Assembly (NCBI GenBank): GCA_040954595.2
Contig: CM082578.2
Coordinates: forward strand, 12,462,520 to 12,526,519
Length of the DNA stretch: 64,000 nt
Source: Balanoglossus misakiensis
Taxonomy: Eukaryota > Animalia > Hemichordata
Direction of reading: 5' to 3'
Below the pieces are notes generated by a model, which saw only the letters and a program-made list of their open reading frames with translations, had not been told where the DNA came from and ran no database searches. Positions 14,529 to 28,746 of this stretch are shown one piece after another; position 1 is the first letter of the stretch; every line of letters starts with the position of its first letter. A program made the position numbers and the translations under genes.

Positions 14529-17500
14529 GAAATTTTGGAAACTTCGCAAAGTCGAAAAATTGTCATTTCTGGATGATTTTCATGAGCTATAACCCATGAT
14601 TTTTTCAAAAAATGAAGAAATTTTGAACTTTCGCAAAGTCGAAAAATTGTCATTTCTGGATGATTTTCATGAGCTATAACCCATGATTTTTTCAAAAAAT
14701 GAAGAAATTTTGAACTTTCGCAAAGTCGAAAAATTGTCATTTCTGGATGATTTTCATGAGCTATAACCCATGATTTTTTCAAAAAATGAAGAAATTTTGA
14801 ACTTTCGCAAAGTCGAAAAATTGTCATTTCTGGATGATTTTCATGAGCTATAACCCATGATTTTTTCAAAAAATGAAGAAATTTTGAACTTTCGCAAAGT
14901 CGAAAAATTGTCATTTCTGGATGATTTTCATGAGCTATAACCCATGATTTTTTCAAAAAATGAAGAAATTTAGAACTTTCGCAAAGTCGAAAAATTGTCA
15001 TTTCTGGATGATTTTCATGAGCTATAACCCATGATTTTTTCAAAAAATGAAGAAATTTTGAACTTTCGCAAAGTCGAAAAATTGTCATTTCTGGATGATT
15101 TTCATGAGCTATAACCCATGATTTTTTCAAAAAATGAAGAAATTTTGAACTTTCGCAAAGTCGAAAAATTGTCATTTCTGGATGATTTTCATGAGCTATA
15201 ACCCATGATTTTTTCAAAAAATGAAGAAATTTTGAACTTTCGCAAAGTCGAAAAATTGTCATTTCTGGATGATTTTCATGAGCTATAACCCATGATTTTT
15301 ACAAAAAATCAAGAAATTTTGAACTTTCGCAAAGTCGAAAAATTGTCATTTCTGGATGATTTTCATGAGCTATAACCCATGATTTTTACAAAAAATCAAG
15401 AAATTTTGAACTTTCGCAAAGTCGAAAAATTGTCATTTCTGGATGATTTTCATGAGCTATAACCCATGATTTTTTCAAAAAATCAAGAAATTTAGAACTT
15501 TCGCAAAGTCGAAAAATTGTCATTTCTGGATGATTTTCATGAGCTATAACCCATGATTTTTTCAAAAAATCAAGAAATTTAGAACTTTCGCAAAGTCGAA
15601 AAATTGTCATTTCTGGATGATTTTCATGAGCTATAACCCATGATTTTTTCAAAAAATGAAGAAATTTTGAAATTTCGCAAAGTCGAAAAATTGTCATTTC
15701 TGGATGATTTTCATGAGCTATAACCCATGATTTTTTCAAAAAATGAAGAAATTTTGAAATTTCGCAAAGTCGAAAAATTGTCATTTCTGGATGATTTTCA
15801 TGAGCTATAACCCATGATTTTTTCAAAAAATGAAGAAATTTCGAAATTTCGCAAAGTCGAAAAATTGTCATTTCTGGATGATTTTCATGAGCTATAACCC
15901 ATGATTTTTTCAAAAAATGAAGAAATTTCGAACTTTCGCAAAGTCGAAAAATTGTCATTTCTGGATGATTTTCATGAGCTATAACCCATGATTTTTACAA
16001 AAAATGAAGAAATTTTAAACTTTCGCAAAGTCGAAAAATTGTCATTTCTGGATGATTTTCATGAGCTATAACCCATGATTTTTTCAAAAAATGAAGAAAT
16101 TTTGAAGTTTCGCAAAGTCGAAAAATTGTCATTTCTGGATGATTTTCATGAGCTATAACCCATGATTTTTTCAAAAAATGAAGAATATTTGAAGTTTCGC
16201 AAAGTCGAAAAATTGTCATTTCTGGATGATTTTCATGAGCTATAACCCATGATTTTTACAAAAAATGAAGAAATTTTGAACTTTCGCAAAGTCGAAAAAT
16301 TGTCATTTCTGGATGATTTTCATGAGCTATAACCCATGATTTTTTCAAAAAATGAAGAAATTTAGAACTTTCGCAAAGTCGAAAAATTTTCATTTCTGGA
16401 TGATTTTCATGAGCTATAACCCATGATTTTTTCAAAAAATGAAGAAATTTTGAACTTTCGCAAAGTCGAAAAATTTTCATTTCTGGATGATTTTCATGAG
16501 CTATAACCCATGATTTTTACAAAAAATGAAGAAATTTTGAACTTTCGCAAAGTCGAAAAATTGTCATTTCTGGATGATTTTCATGAGCTATAACCCATGA
16601 TTTTTTCAAAAAATGAAGAAATTTAGAACTTTCGCAAAGTCGAAAAATTGTCATTTCTGGATGATTTTCATGAGCTATAACCCATGATTTTTTCAAAAAA
16701 TGAAGAAATTTAGAACTTTCGCAAAGTCGAAAAATTGTCATTTCTGGATGATTTTCATGAGCTATAACCCATGATTTTTTCAAAAAATGAAGAAATTTAG
16801 AACTTTCGCAAAGTCGAAAAATTGTCATTTCTGGATGATTTTCATGAGCTATAACCCATGATTTTTTCAAAAAATGAAGAAATTTTGAACTTTCGCAAAG
16901 TCGAAAAATTGTCATTTCTGGATGATTTTCATGAGCTATAACCCATGATTTTTTCAAAAAATGAAGAAATTTTGAAATTTCGCAAAGTCGAAAAATTGTC
17001 ATTTCTGGATGATTTTCATGAGCTATAACCCATGATTTTTTCAAAAAATGAAGAAATTTTGAAATTTCGCAAAGTCGAAAAATTGTCATTTCTGGATGAT
17101 TTTCATGAGCTATAACCCATGATTTTTTCAAAAAATGAAGAAATTTAGAACTTTCGCAAAGTCAAAAAATTGTCATTTCTGGATGATTTTCATGAGCTAT
17201 AACCCATGATTTTTTCAAAAAATGAAGAAATTTTGAACTTTCGCAAAGTCGAAAAATTGTCATTTCTGCATGATTTTCATGAGCTATAACCCATGATTTT
17301 TTCAAAAAATGAAGAAATTTTGAACTTTCGCAAAGTCGAAAAATTGTCATTTCTGGATGATTTTCATGAGCTATAACCCATGATTTTTACAAAAAATGAA
17401 GAAATTTAGAACTTTCGCAAAGTCGAAAAATTGTCATTTCTGGATGATTTTCATGAGCTATAACCCATGATTTTTTCAAAAAATGAAGAAATTTAGAACT

Positions 17501-20500
17501 TTCGCAAAGTCGAAAAATTGTCATTTCTGGATGATTTTCATGAGCTATAACCCATGATTTTTTCAAAAAATGAAGAAATTTAGAACTTTCGCAAAGTCGA
17601 AAAATTGTCATTTCTGGATGATTTTCATGAGCTATAACCCATGATTTTTTCAAAAAATGAAGAAATTTTGAACTTTCGCAAAGTCGAAAAATTGTCATTT
17701 CTGGATGATTTTCATGAGCTATAACCCATGATTTTTACAAAAAATGAAGAAATTTTGAACTTTCGCAAAGTCGAAAAATTGTCATTTCTGGATGATTTTC
17801 ATGAGCTATAACCCATGATTTTTTCAAAAAATGAAGAAATTTAGAACTTTCGCAAAGTCGAAAAATTGTCATTTCTGGATGATTTTCATGAGCTATAACC
17901 CATGATTTTTACAAAAAATGAAGAAATTTAGAACTTTCGCAAAGTCGAAAAATTGTCATTTCTGGATGATTTTCATGAGCTATAACCCATGATTTTTTCA
18001 AAAAATGAAGAAATTTAGAACTTTCGCAAAGTCGAAAAATTGTCATTTCTGGATGATTTTCATGAGCTATAACCCATGATTTTTTCAAAAAATGAAGAAA
18101 TTTAGAACTTTCGCAAAGTCGAAAAATTGTCATTTCTGGATGATTTTCATGAGCTATAACCCATGATTTTTTCAAAAAATGAAGAAATATTGAACTTTCG
18201 CAAAGTCGAAAAATTGTCATTTCTGGATGATTTTCATGAGCTATAACCCATGATTTTTTCAAAAAATGAAGAAATATTGAACTTTCGCAAAGTCGAAAAA
18301 TTGTCATTTCTGGATGATTTTCATGAGCTATAACCCATGATTTTTTCAAAAAATGAAGAAATTTAGAACTTTCGCAAAGTCGAAAAATTGTCATTTCTGG
18401 ATGATTTTCATGAGCTATAACCCATGATTTTTTCAAAAAATGAAGAAATTTAGAACTTTCGCAAAGTCGAAAAATTGTCATTTCTGGATGATTTTCATGA
18501 GCTATAACCCATGATTTTTTCAAAAAATGAAGAAATTTTGAACTTTCGCAAAGTCGAAAAATTGTCATTTCTGGATGATTTTCATGAGCTATAACCCATG
18601 ATTTTTACAAAAAATGAAGAAATTTTGAACTTTCGCAAAGTCGAAAAATTGTCATTTCTGGATGATTTTCATGAGCTATAACCCATGATTTTTTCAAAAA
18701 ATGAAGAAATTTAGAACTTTCGCAAAGTCGAAAAATTGTCATTTCTGGATGATTTTCATGAGCTATAACCCATGATTTTTACAAAAAATGAAGAAATTTA
18801 GAACTTTCGCAAAGTCGAAAAATTGTCATTTCTGGATGATTTTCATGAGCTATAACCCATGATTTTTTCAAAAAATGAAGAAATTTAGAACTTTCGCAAA
18901 GTCGAAAAATTGTCATTTCTGGATGATTTTCATGAGCTATAACCCATGATTTTTTCAAAAAATGAAGAAATTTAGAACTTTCGCAAAGTCGAAAAATTGT
19001 CATTTCTGGATGATTTTCATGAGCTATAACCCATGATTTTTTCAAAAAATGAAGAAATATTGAACTTTCGCAAAGTCGAAAAATTGTCATTTCTGGATGA
19101 TTTTCATGAGCTATAACCCATGATTTTTTCAAAAAATGAAGAAATATTGAACTTTCGCAAAGTCGAAAAATTGTCATTTCTGGATGATTTTCATGAGCTA
19201 TAACCCATGATTTTTTCAAAAAATGAAGAAATTTTGAAATTTCGCAAAGTCGAAAAATTGTCATTTCTGGATGATTTTCATGAGCTATAACCCATGATTT
19301 TTTCAAAAAATGAAGAAATTTCGAACTTTCGCAAAGTCGAAAAATTGTCATTTCTGGATGATTTTCATGAGCTATAACCCATGATTTTTTCAAAAAATGA
19401 AGAAATTTTGAACTTTCGCAAAGTCGAAATATTTTCATTTCTGGATGATTTTCATGAACTATAACCCATGATTTTTACAAAAAATGAAGAAATTTTGAAC
19501 TTTCGCAAAGTCGAAAAATTGTCATTTCTGGATGATTTTCATGAGCTATAACCCATGATTTTTTCAAAAAAATGAAGAAATTTAGAACTTTCGCAAAGTC
19601 GAAAAATTGTCATTTCTGGATGATTTTCATGAGCTATAACCCATGATTTTTTCAAAAAATGAAGAAATTTTGAAATTTCGCAAAGTCGAAAAATTGTCAT
19701 TTCTGGATGATTTTCATGAGCTATAACCCATGATTTTTTCAAAAAATGAAGAAATTTAGAACTTTCGCAAAGTCGAAAAATTGTCATTTCTGGATGATTT
19801 TCATGAGCTATAACCCATGATTTATTCAAAAAATGAAGAAATTTAGAACTTTCGCAAAGTCGAAAAATTGTCATTTCTGGATGATTTTCATGAGCTATAA
19901 CCCATGATTTTTTCAAAAAATGAAGAAATTTTGAACTTTCGCAAAGTCGAAAAATTTTCATTTCTGGATGATTTTCATGAGCTATAACCCATGATTTTTA
20001 CAAAAAATGAAGAAATTTTGAACTTTCGCAAAGTCGAAAAATTGTCATTTCTGGATGATTTTCATGAGCTATAACCCATGATTTTTTCAAAAAATCAAGA
20101 AATTTAGAACTTTCGCAAAGTCGAAAAATTGTCATTTCTGGATGATTTTCATGAGCTATAACCCATGATTTTTTCAAAAAATGAAGAAATTTTGAAAAAA
20201 GTCGAAAAATTGTCATTTCTGGATGATTTTCATGAGCTATAACCCATGATTTTTTCAAAAAATGAAGAAATTTCGAAATTTCGCAAAGTCGAAAAATTGT
20301 CATTTCTGGATGATTTTCATGAGCTATAACCCATGATTTTTTCAAAAAATGAAGAAATTTCGAACTTTCGCAAAGTCGAAAAATTGTCATTTCTGGATGA
20401 TTTTCATGAGCTATAACCCATGATTTTTTCAAAAAATGAAGAAATTTAGAACTTTCGCAAAGTCGAAAAATTGTCATTTCTGGATGATTTTCATGAGCTA

Positions 20501-23500
20501 TAACCCATGATTTTTCCAAAAAATGAATAAATTTTGAAATTTCGCAAAGTCGAAAAATTGTCATTTCTGGATGATTTTCATGAGCTATAACCCATGATTT
20601 TTTCAAAAAATGAAGAAATTTTGAACTTTCGCAAAGTCGAAAAATTGTCATTTCTGGATGATTTTCATGAGCTATAACCCATGATTTTTTCAAAAAATGA
20701 AGAAATTTTGAACTTTCGCAAAGTCGAAAAATTGTCATTTCTGGATGATTTTCATGAGCTATAACCCATGATTTTTTCAAAAAATGAAGAAATATTGAAC
20801 TTTCGCAAAGTCGAAAAATTGTCATTTCTGGATGATTTTCATGAGCTATAACCCATGATTTTTTCAAAAAATGAAGAAATATTGAACTTTCGCAAAGTCG
20901 AAAAATTGTCATTTCTGGATGATTTTCATGAGCTATAACCCATGATTTTTTCAAAAAATGAAGAAATATTGAACTTTCGCAAAGTCGAAAAATTGTCATT
21001 TCTGGATGATTTTCATGAGCTATAACCCATGATTTTTTCAAAAAATGAAGAAATATTGAACTTTCGCAAAGTCGAAAAATTGTCATTTCTGGATGATTTT
21101 CATGAGCTATAACCCATGATTTTTTCAAAAAATGAAGAAATATTGAACTTTCGCAAAGTCGAAAAATTGTCATTTCTGGATGATTTTCATGAGCTATAAC
21201 CCATGATTTTTTCAAAAAATGAAGAAATTTAGAACTTTCGCAAAGTCGAAAAATTGTCATTTCTGGATGATTTTCATGAGCTATAACCCATGATTTTTTC
21301 AAAAAATCAAGAAATTTAGAACTTTCGCAAAGTCGAAAAATTGTCATTTCTGGATGATTTTCATGAGCTATAACCCATGATTTTTTCAAAAAATGAAGAA
21401 ATTTTGAAAAAAGTCGAAAAATTGTCATTTCTGGATGATTTTCATGAGCTATAACCCATGATTTTTTCAAAAAATGAAGAAATTTCGAAATTTCGCAAAG
21501 TCGAAAAATTGTCATTTCTGGATGATTTTCATGAGCTATAACCCATGATTTTTTCAAAAAATGAAGAAATTTCGAACTTTCGCAAAGTCGAAAAATTGTC
21601 ATTTCTGGATGATTTTCATGAGCTATAACCCATGATTTTTTCAAAAAATGAAGAAATTTTGAAATTTCGCAAAGTCGAAAAATTGTCATTTCTGGATGAT
21701 TTTCATGAGCTATAACCCATGATTTTTTCAAAAAATGAAGAAATTTTGAACTTTCGCAAAGTAGAAAAATTGTCATTTCTGGATGATTTTCATGAGCTAT
21801 AACCCATGATTTTTTCAAAAAATGAAGAAATTTTGAACTTTCGCAAAGTCGAAAAATTGTCATTTCTGGATGATTTTCATGAGCTATAACCCATGATTTT
21901 TTCAAAAAATGAAGAAATATTGAACTTTCGCAAAGTCGAAAAATTGTCATTTCTGGATGATTTTCATGAGCTATAACCCATGATTTTTTCAAAAAATGAA
22001 GAAATATTGAACTTTCGCAAAGTCGAAAAATTGTCATTTCTGGATGATTTTCATGAGCTATAACCCATGATTTTTTCAAAAAATGAAGAAATTTTGAAAT
22101 TTCGCAAAGTCGAAAAATTGTCATTTCTGGATGATTTTCATGAGCTATAACCCATGATTTTTTCAAAAAATGAAGAAATTTCGAACTTTCGCAAAGTCGA
22201 AAAATTGTCATTTCTGGATGATTTTCATGAGCTATAACCCATGATTTTTTCAAAAAATGAAGAAATTTCGAACTTTCGCAAAGTCGAAAAATTGTCATTT
22301 CTGGATGATTTTCATGAGCTATAACCCATGATTTTTTGAAAAAATGAAGAAATTTTGAACTTTCGCAAAGTCGAAATATTTTCATTTCTGGATGATTTTC
22401 ATGAACTATAACCCATGATTTTTACAAAAAATGAAGAAATTTTGAACTTTCGCAAAGTCGAAAAATTGTCATTTCTGGATGATTTTCATGAGCTATAACC
22501 CATGATTTTTTCAAAAAATGAAGAAATTTAGAACTTTCGCAAAGTCGAAAAATTGTCATTTCTGGATGATTTTCATGAGCTATAACCCATGATTTTTACA
22601 AAAAATGAAGAAATTTTGAACTTTCGCAAAGTCGAAAAATTGTCATTTCTGGATGATTTTCATGAGCTATAACCCATGATTTTTTCAAAAAATCAAGAAA
22701 TTTAGAACTTTCGCAAAGTCGAAAAATTGTCATTTCTGGATGATTTTCATGAGCTATAACCCATGATTTTTTCAAAAAATCAAGAAATTTTGAAAAAAGT
22801 CGAAAAATTGTCATTTCTGGATGATTTTCATGAGCTATAACCCATGATTTTTTCAAAAAATGAAGAAATTTCGAAATTTCGCAAAGTCGAAAAATTGTCA
22901 TTTCTGGATGATTTTCATGAGCTATAACCCATGATTTTTTCAAAAAATGAAGAAATTTCGAACTTTCGCAAAGTCGAAAAATTGTCATTTCTGGATGATT
23001 TTCATGAGCTATAACCCATGATTTTTTCAAAAAATGAAGAAATTTTGAAATTTCGCAAAGTCGAAAAATTGTCATTTCTGGATGATTTTCATGAGCTATA
23101 ACCCATGATTTTTTCAAAAAATGAAGAAATATTGAACTTTCGCAAAGTCGAAAAATTGTCATTTCTGGATGATTTTCATGAGCTATAACCCATGATTTTT
23201 TCAAAAAATGAAGAAATATTGAAATTTCGCAAAGTCGAAAAATTGTCATTTCTGGATGATTTTCATGAGCTATAACCCATGATTTTTTCAAAAAATGAAG
23301 AAATTTCGAACTTTCGCAAAGTCGAAAAATTGTCATTTCTGGATGATTTTCATGAGCTATAACCCATGATTTTTTCAAAAAATGAAGAAATTTCGAACTT
23401 TCGCAAAGTCGAAAAATTGTCATTTCTGGATGATTTTCATGAGCTATAACCCATGATTTTTTGAAAAAATGAAGAAATTTTGAACTTTCGCAAAGTCGAA

Positions 23501-26500
23501 ATATTTTCATTTCTGGATGATTTTCATGAACTATAACCCATGATTTTTACAAAAAATGAAGAAATTTTGAACTTTCGCAAAGTCGAAAAATTGTCATTTC
23601 TGGATGATTTTCATGAGCTATAACCCATGATTTTTTCAAAAAATGAAGAAATTTCGAACTTTCGCAAAGTCGAAAAATTGTCATTTCTGGATGATTTTCA
23701 TGAGCTATAACCCATGATTTTTTCAAAAAATGAAGAAATTTTGAAATTTCGCAAAGTCGAAAAATTGTCATTTCTGGATGATTTTCATGAGCTATAACCC
23801 ATGATTTTTTCAAAAAATGAAGAAATTTAGAACTTTCGCAAAGTCGAAAAATTGTCATTTCTGGATGATTTTCATGAGCTATAACCCATGATTTTTTCAA
23901 AAAATGAAGAAATTTAGAACTTTCGCAAAGTCGAAAAATTGTCATTTCTGGATGATTTTCATGAGCTATAACCCATGATTTTTTCAAAAAATGAAGAAAT
24001 TTTGAAAAAAGTCGAAAAATTGTCATTTCTGGATGATTTTCATGAGCTATAACCCATGATTTTTTCAAAAAATGAAGAAATTTCGAAATTTCGCAAAGTC
24101 GAAAAATTGTCATTTCTGGATGATTTTCATGAGCTATAACCCATGATTTTTTCAAAAAATGAAGAAATTTCGAACTTTCGCAAAGTCGAAAAATTGTCAT
24201 TTCTGGATGATTTTCATGAGCTATAACCCATGATTTTTTCAAAAAATGAAGAAATTTTGAAATTTCGCAAAGTCGAAAAATTGTCATTTCTTGATGATTT
24301 TCATGAGCTATAACCCATGATTTTTTCAAAAAATGAAGAAATTTTGAACTTTCGCAAAGTCGAAAAATTGTCATTTCTGGATGATTTTCATGAGCTATAA
24401 CCCATGATTTTTACAAAAAATGAAGAAATTTTGAACTTTCGCAAAGTCGAAAAATTGTCATTTCTGGATGATTTTCATGAGCTATAACCCATGATTTTTT
24501 CAAAAAATGACGAAATTTTGAACTTTCGCAAAGTCGAAAAATTGTCATTTCTGGATGATTTTCATGAGCTATAACCCATGATTTTTTCAAAAAATGAAGA
24601 AATTTTGAACTTTCGCAAAGTCGAAAAATTGTCATTTCTGGATGATTTTCATGAGCTATAACCCATGATTTTTTCAAAAAATGAAGAAATTTTGAACTTT
24701 CGCAAAGTCGAAAAATTGTCATTTCTGGATGATTTTCATGAGCTATAACCCATGATTTTTTCAAAAAATGAAGAAATTTTGAAATTTCGCAAAGTCGAAA
24801 AATTGTCATTTCTGGATGATTTTCATGAGCTATAACCCATGATTTTTTCAAAAAATGAAGAAATTTCGAAATTTCGCAAAGTCGAAAAATTGTCATTTCT
24901 GGATGATTTTCATGAGCTATAACCCATGTTTTTTTCAAAAAATGAAGAAATTTCGAACTTTCGCAAAGTTGAAAAATTGTCATTTCTGGATGATTTTCAT
25001 GAGCTATAACCCATGATTTTTTCAAAAAATGAAGAAATTTTGAAATTTCGCAAAGTCGAAAAATTGTCATTTCTGGATGATGTTCATGAGCTATAACCCA
25101 TGATTTTTTCAAAAAATGAAGAAATTTTGAACTTTCGCAAAGTCGAAAAATTGTCATTTCTGGATGATTTTCATGAGCTATAACCCATGATTTTTACGAA
25201 AAATGAAGAAATTTTGAACTTTCGCAAAGTCGAAAAATTGTCATTTCTGGATGATTTTCATGAGCTATAACCCATGATTTTTACAAAAAATGAAGAAATT
25301 TTGAACTTTCGCAAAGTCGAAAAATTGTCATTTCTGGATGATTTTCATGAGCTATAACCCATGATTTTTTCAAAAAATGAAGAAATTTTGAACTTTCGCA
25401 AAGTCGAAAAATTGTCATTTCTGGATGATTTTCATGAGCTATAACCCATGATTTTTTCAAAAAATGAAGAAATTTTGAACTTTCGCAAAGTCGAAAAATT
25501 GTCATTTCTGGATGATTTTCATGAGCTATATAACCCATGATTTTTTCAAAAAATGAAGAAATTTTGAACTTTCGCAAAGTCGAAATATTTTCATTTCTGG
25601 ATGATTTTCATGAGCTATAACCCATGATTTTTACAAAAAATGAAGAAATTTTGAACTTTCGCAAAGTCGAAAAATTGTCATTTCTGGATGATTTTCATGA
25701 GCTATAACCCATGATTTTTTCAAAAAATGAAGAAATTTAGAACTTTCGCAAAGTCGAAAAATTGTCATTTCTGGATGATTTTCAAGAGCTATAACCCATG
25801 ATTTTTACAAAAAATGAAGAAATTTAGAACTTTCGCAAAGTCGAAAAATTGTCATTTCTGGATGATTTTCAAGAGCTATAACCCATGATTTTTTCAAAAA
25901 ATGAAGAAATTTTGAACTTTCGCAAAGTCGAAAAATTGTCATTTCTGGATGATTTTCATGAGCTATAACCCATGATTTTTTCAAAAAATGAAGAAATTTA
26001 GAACTTTCGCAAAGTCGAAAAATTGTCATTTCTGGATGATTTTCATGAGCTATAACCCATGATTTTTTCAAAAAATGAAGAAATTTTGAAATTTCGCAAA
26101 GTCGAAAAATTGTCATTTCTGGATGATTTTCATGAGCTATAACCCATGATTTTTTCAAAAAATGAAGAAATTTAGAACTTTCGCAAAGTCGAAAAATTGT
26201 CATTTCTGGATGATTTTCATGAGCTATAACCCATGATTTTTTCAAAAAATGAAGAAATTTTGAAATTTCGCAAAGTCGAAAAATTGTCATTTCTGGATGA
26301 TTTTCATGAGCTATAACCCATGATTTTTTCAAAAAATGAAGAAATTTAGAACTTTCGCAAAGTCGAAAAATTGTCATTTCTGGATGATTTTCATGAGCTA
26401 TAACCCATGATTTTTTCAAAAAATGAAGAAATTTAGAAATTTCGCAAAGTCGAAAAATTGTCATTTCTGGATGATTTTCATGAGCTATAACCCATGATTT

Positions 26501-28746
26501 TTACAAAAAATGAAGAAATTTTGAACTTTCGCAAAGTCGAAAAATTGTCATTTCTGGATGATTTTCATGAGCTATAACCCATGATTTTTTCAAAAAATGA
26601 AGAAATTTTGAACTTTCGCAAAGTCGAAAAATTGTCATTTCTGGATGATTTTCATGAGCTATAACCCATGATTTTTTCAAAAAATGAAGAAATTTTGAAC
26701 TTTCGCAAAGTCGAAAAATTGTCATTTCTGGATGATTTTCATGAGCTATAACCCATGATTTTTTCAAAAAATGAAGAAATTTAGAACTTTCGCAAAGTCG
26801 AAAAATTGTCATTTCTGGATGATTTTCATGAGCTATAACCCATGATTTTTTCAAAAAATGAAGAAATTTTGAACTTTCGCAAAGTCGAAAAATTGTCATT
26901 TCTGGATGATTTTCATGAGCTATAACCCATGATTTTTTCAAAAAATGAAGAAATTTTGAAGTTTCGCAAAGTCGAAAAATTGTCATTTCTGGATGATTTT
27001 CATGAGCTATAACCCATGATTTTTTCAAAAAATGAAGAAATTTTGAAATTTCGCAAAGTCGAAAAATTGTCATTTCTGGATGATTTTCATGAGCTATAAC
27101 CCATTTTTTTTACAAAAAATGAAGAAATTTTGAACTTTCGCAAAGTCGAAAAATTGTCATTTCTGGATGATTTTCATGAGCTATAACCCATGATTTTTAC
27201 AAAAAATGAAGAAATTTTGAACTTTCGCAAAGTCGAAAAATTGTCATTTCTGGATGATTTTCATGAGCTATAACCCATGATTTTTACAAAAAATGAAGAA
27301 ATTTTGAAATTTCGCAAAGTCGAAAAATTGTCATTTCTGGATGATTTTCATGAGCTATAACCCATGATTTTTTCAAAAAATGAAGAAATTTTGAAATTTC
27401 GCAAAGTCGAAAAATTGTCATTTCTGGATGATTTTCATGAGCTATAACCAATGATTTTTTCAAAAAATGAAGAAATTTTGAAATTTCGCAAAGTCGAAAA
27501 ATTGTCATTTCTGGATGATTTTCATGAGCTATAACCCATGATTTTTTCAAAAAATGAAGAAATTTTGAAATTTCGCAAAGTCGAAAAATTGTCATTTCTG
27601 GATGATTTTCATGAGCTATAACCCATGATTTTCTCAAAAAATGAAGAAATTTTGAAATTTCGCAAAGTCGAAAAATTGTCATTTCTGGATGATTTTCATG
27701 AGCTATAACCCATGATTTTTTCAAAAAATGAAGAAATTTTGAACTTTCGCAAAGTCGAAAAATTGTCATTTCTGGATGATTTTCATGAGCTATAACCCAT
27801 GATTTTTTCAAAAAATGAAGAAATATTGAACTTTCGCAAAGTCGAAAAATTGTCATTTCTGGATGATTTTCATGAGCTATAACCCATGATTTTTTCAAAA
27901 AATGAAGAAATTTAGAACTTTCGCAAAGTCGAAAAATTGTCATTTCTGGATGATTTTCATGAGCTATAACCCATGATTTTTTCAAAAAATGAAGAAATTT
28001 TGAAATTTCGCAAAGTCGAAAAATGGTCATTTCTGGATGATTTTCATGAGCTATAACCCATGATTTTTTCAAAAAATGAAGAAATTACGAACTTTCGCAA
28101 AGTCGAAAAATTGTCATTTCTGGATGATTTTCATGAGCTATAACCCATGATTTTTTCAAAAAATGAAGAAATTTCGAACTTTCGCAAAGTCGAAAAATTG
28201 TCATTTCTGGATGATTTTCATGAGCTATAACCCATGATTTTTTCAAAAAATGAAGAAATTTCGAACTTTCGCAAAGTCGAAAAATTGTCATTTCTGGATG
28301 ATTTTCATGAGCTATAACCCATGATTTTTTCAAAAAATGAAGAAATTTTGAAATTTCGCAAAGTCGAAAAATTGTCATTTCTGGATGATTTTCATGAGCT
28401 ATAACCCATGATTTTTTCAAAAAAGGAAGAAATTTTGAACTTTCGCAAAGTCGAAAAATTGTCATTTCTGGATGATTTTCATGAGCTATAACCCATGATT
28501 TTTTCAAAAAATGAAGAAATTTTGAACTTTCGCAAAGTCGAAAAATTGTCATTTCTGGATGATTTTCATGAGCTATAACCCATGATTTTTTCAAAAAATG
28601 AAGAATTTTCGAACTTTCGCAAAGTCGAAAAATGGTCATTTCTGGATGATTTTCATGAGCTATAACCCATGATTTTTTCAAAAAATGAAGAAATTTTGAA
28701 ATTTCGCAAAGTCGAAAAATTGTCATTTTTGGATGATTTTCATGAG
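14529..28746. repeat. 87-bp tandem satellite array, ~163 copies, ~14.2 kb
   Basis: Consensus GAAATTTTGAACTTTCGCAAAGTCGAAAAATTGTCATTTCTGGATGATTTTCATGAGCTATAACCCATGATTTTTTCAAAAAATGAA repeated head-to-tail without spacers. Most units differ by 0-2 nt; there are four 81-bp deletion units. Confidence 0.99.

Noticed and set aside
20526-20531. AATAAA created by a variant in one satellite unit
   Set aside because: Single sporadic mutation with no supporting downstream element evidence.
14529-28746. CRISPR-like array
   Set aside because: There are no unique spacers and no cas genes; these are contiguous monomers in a spliced eukaryotic locus.
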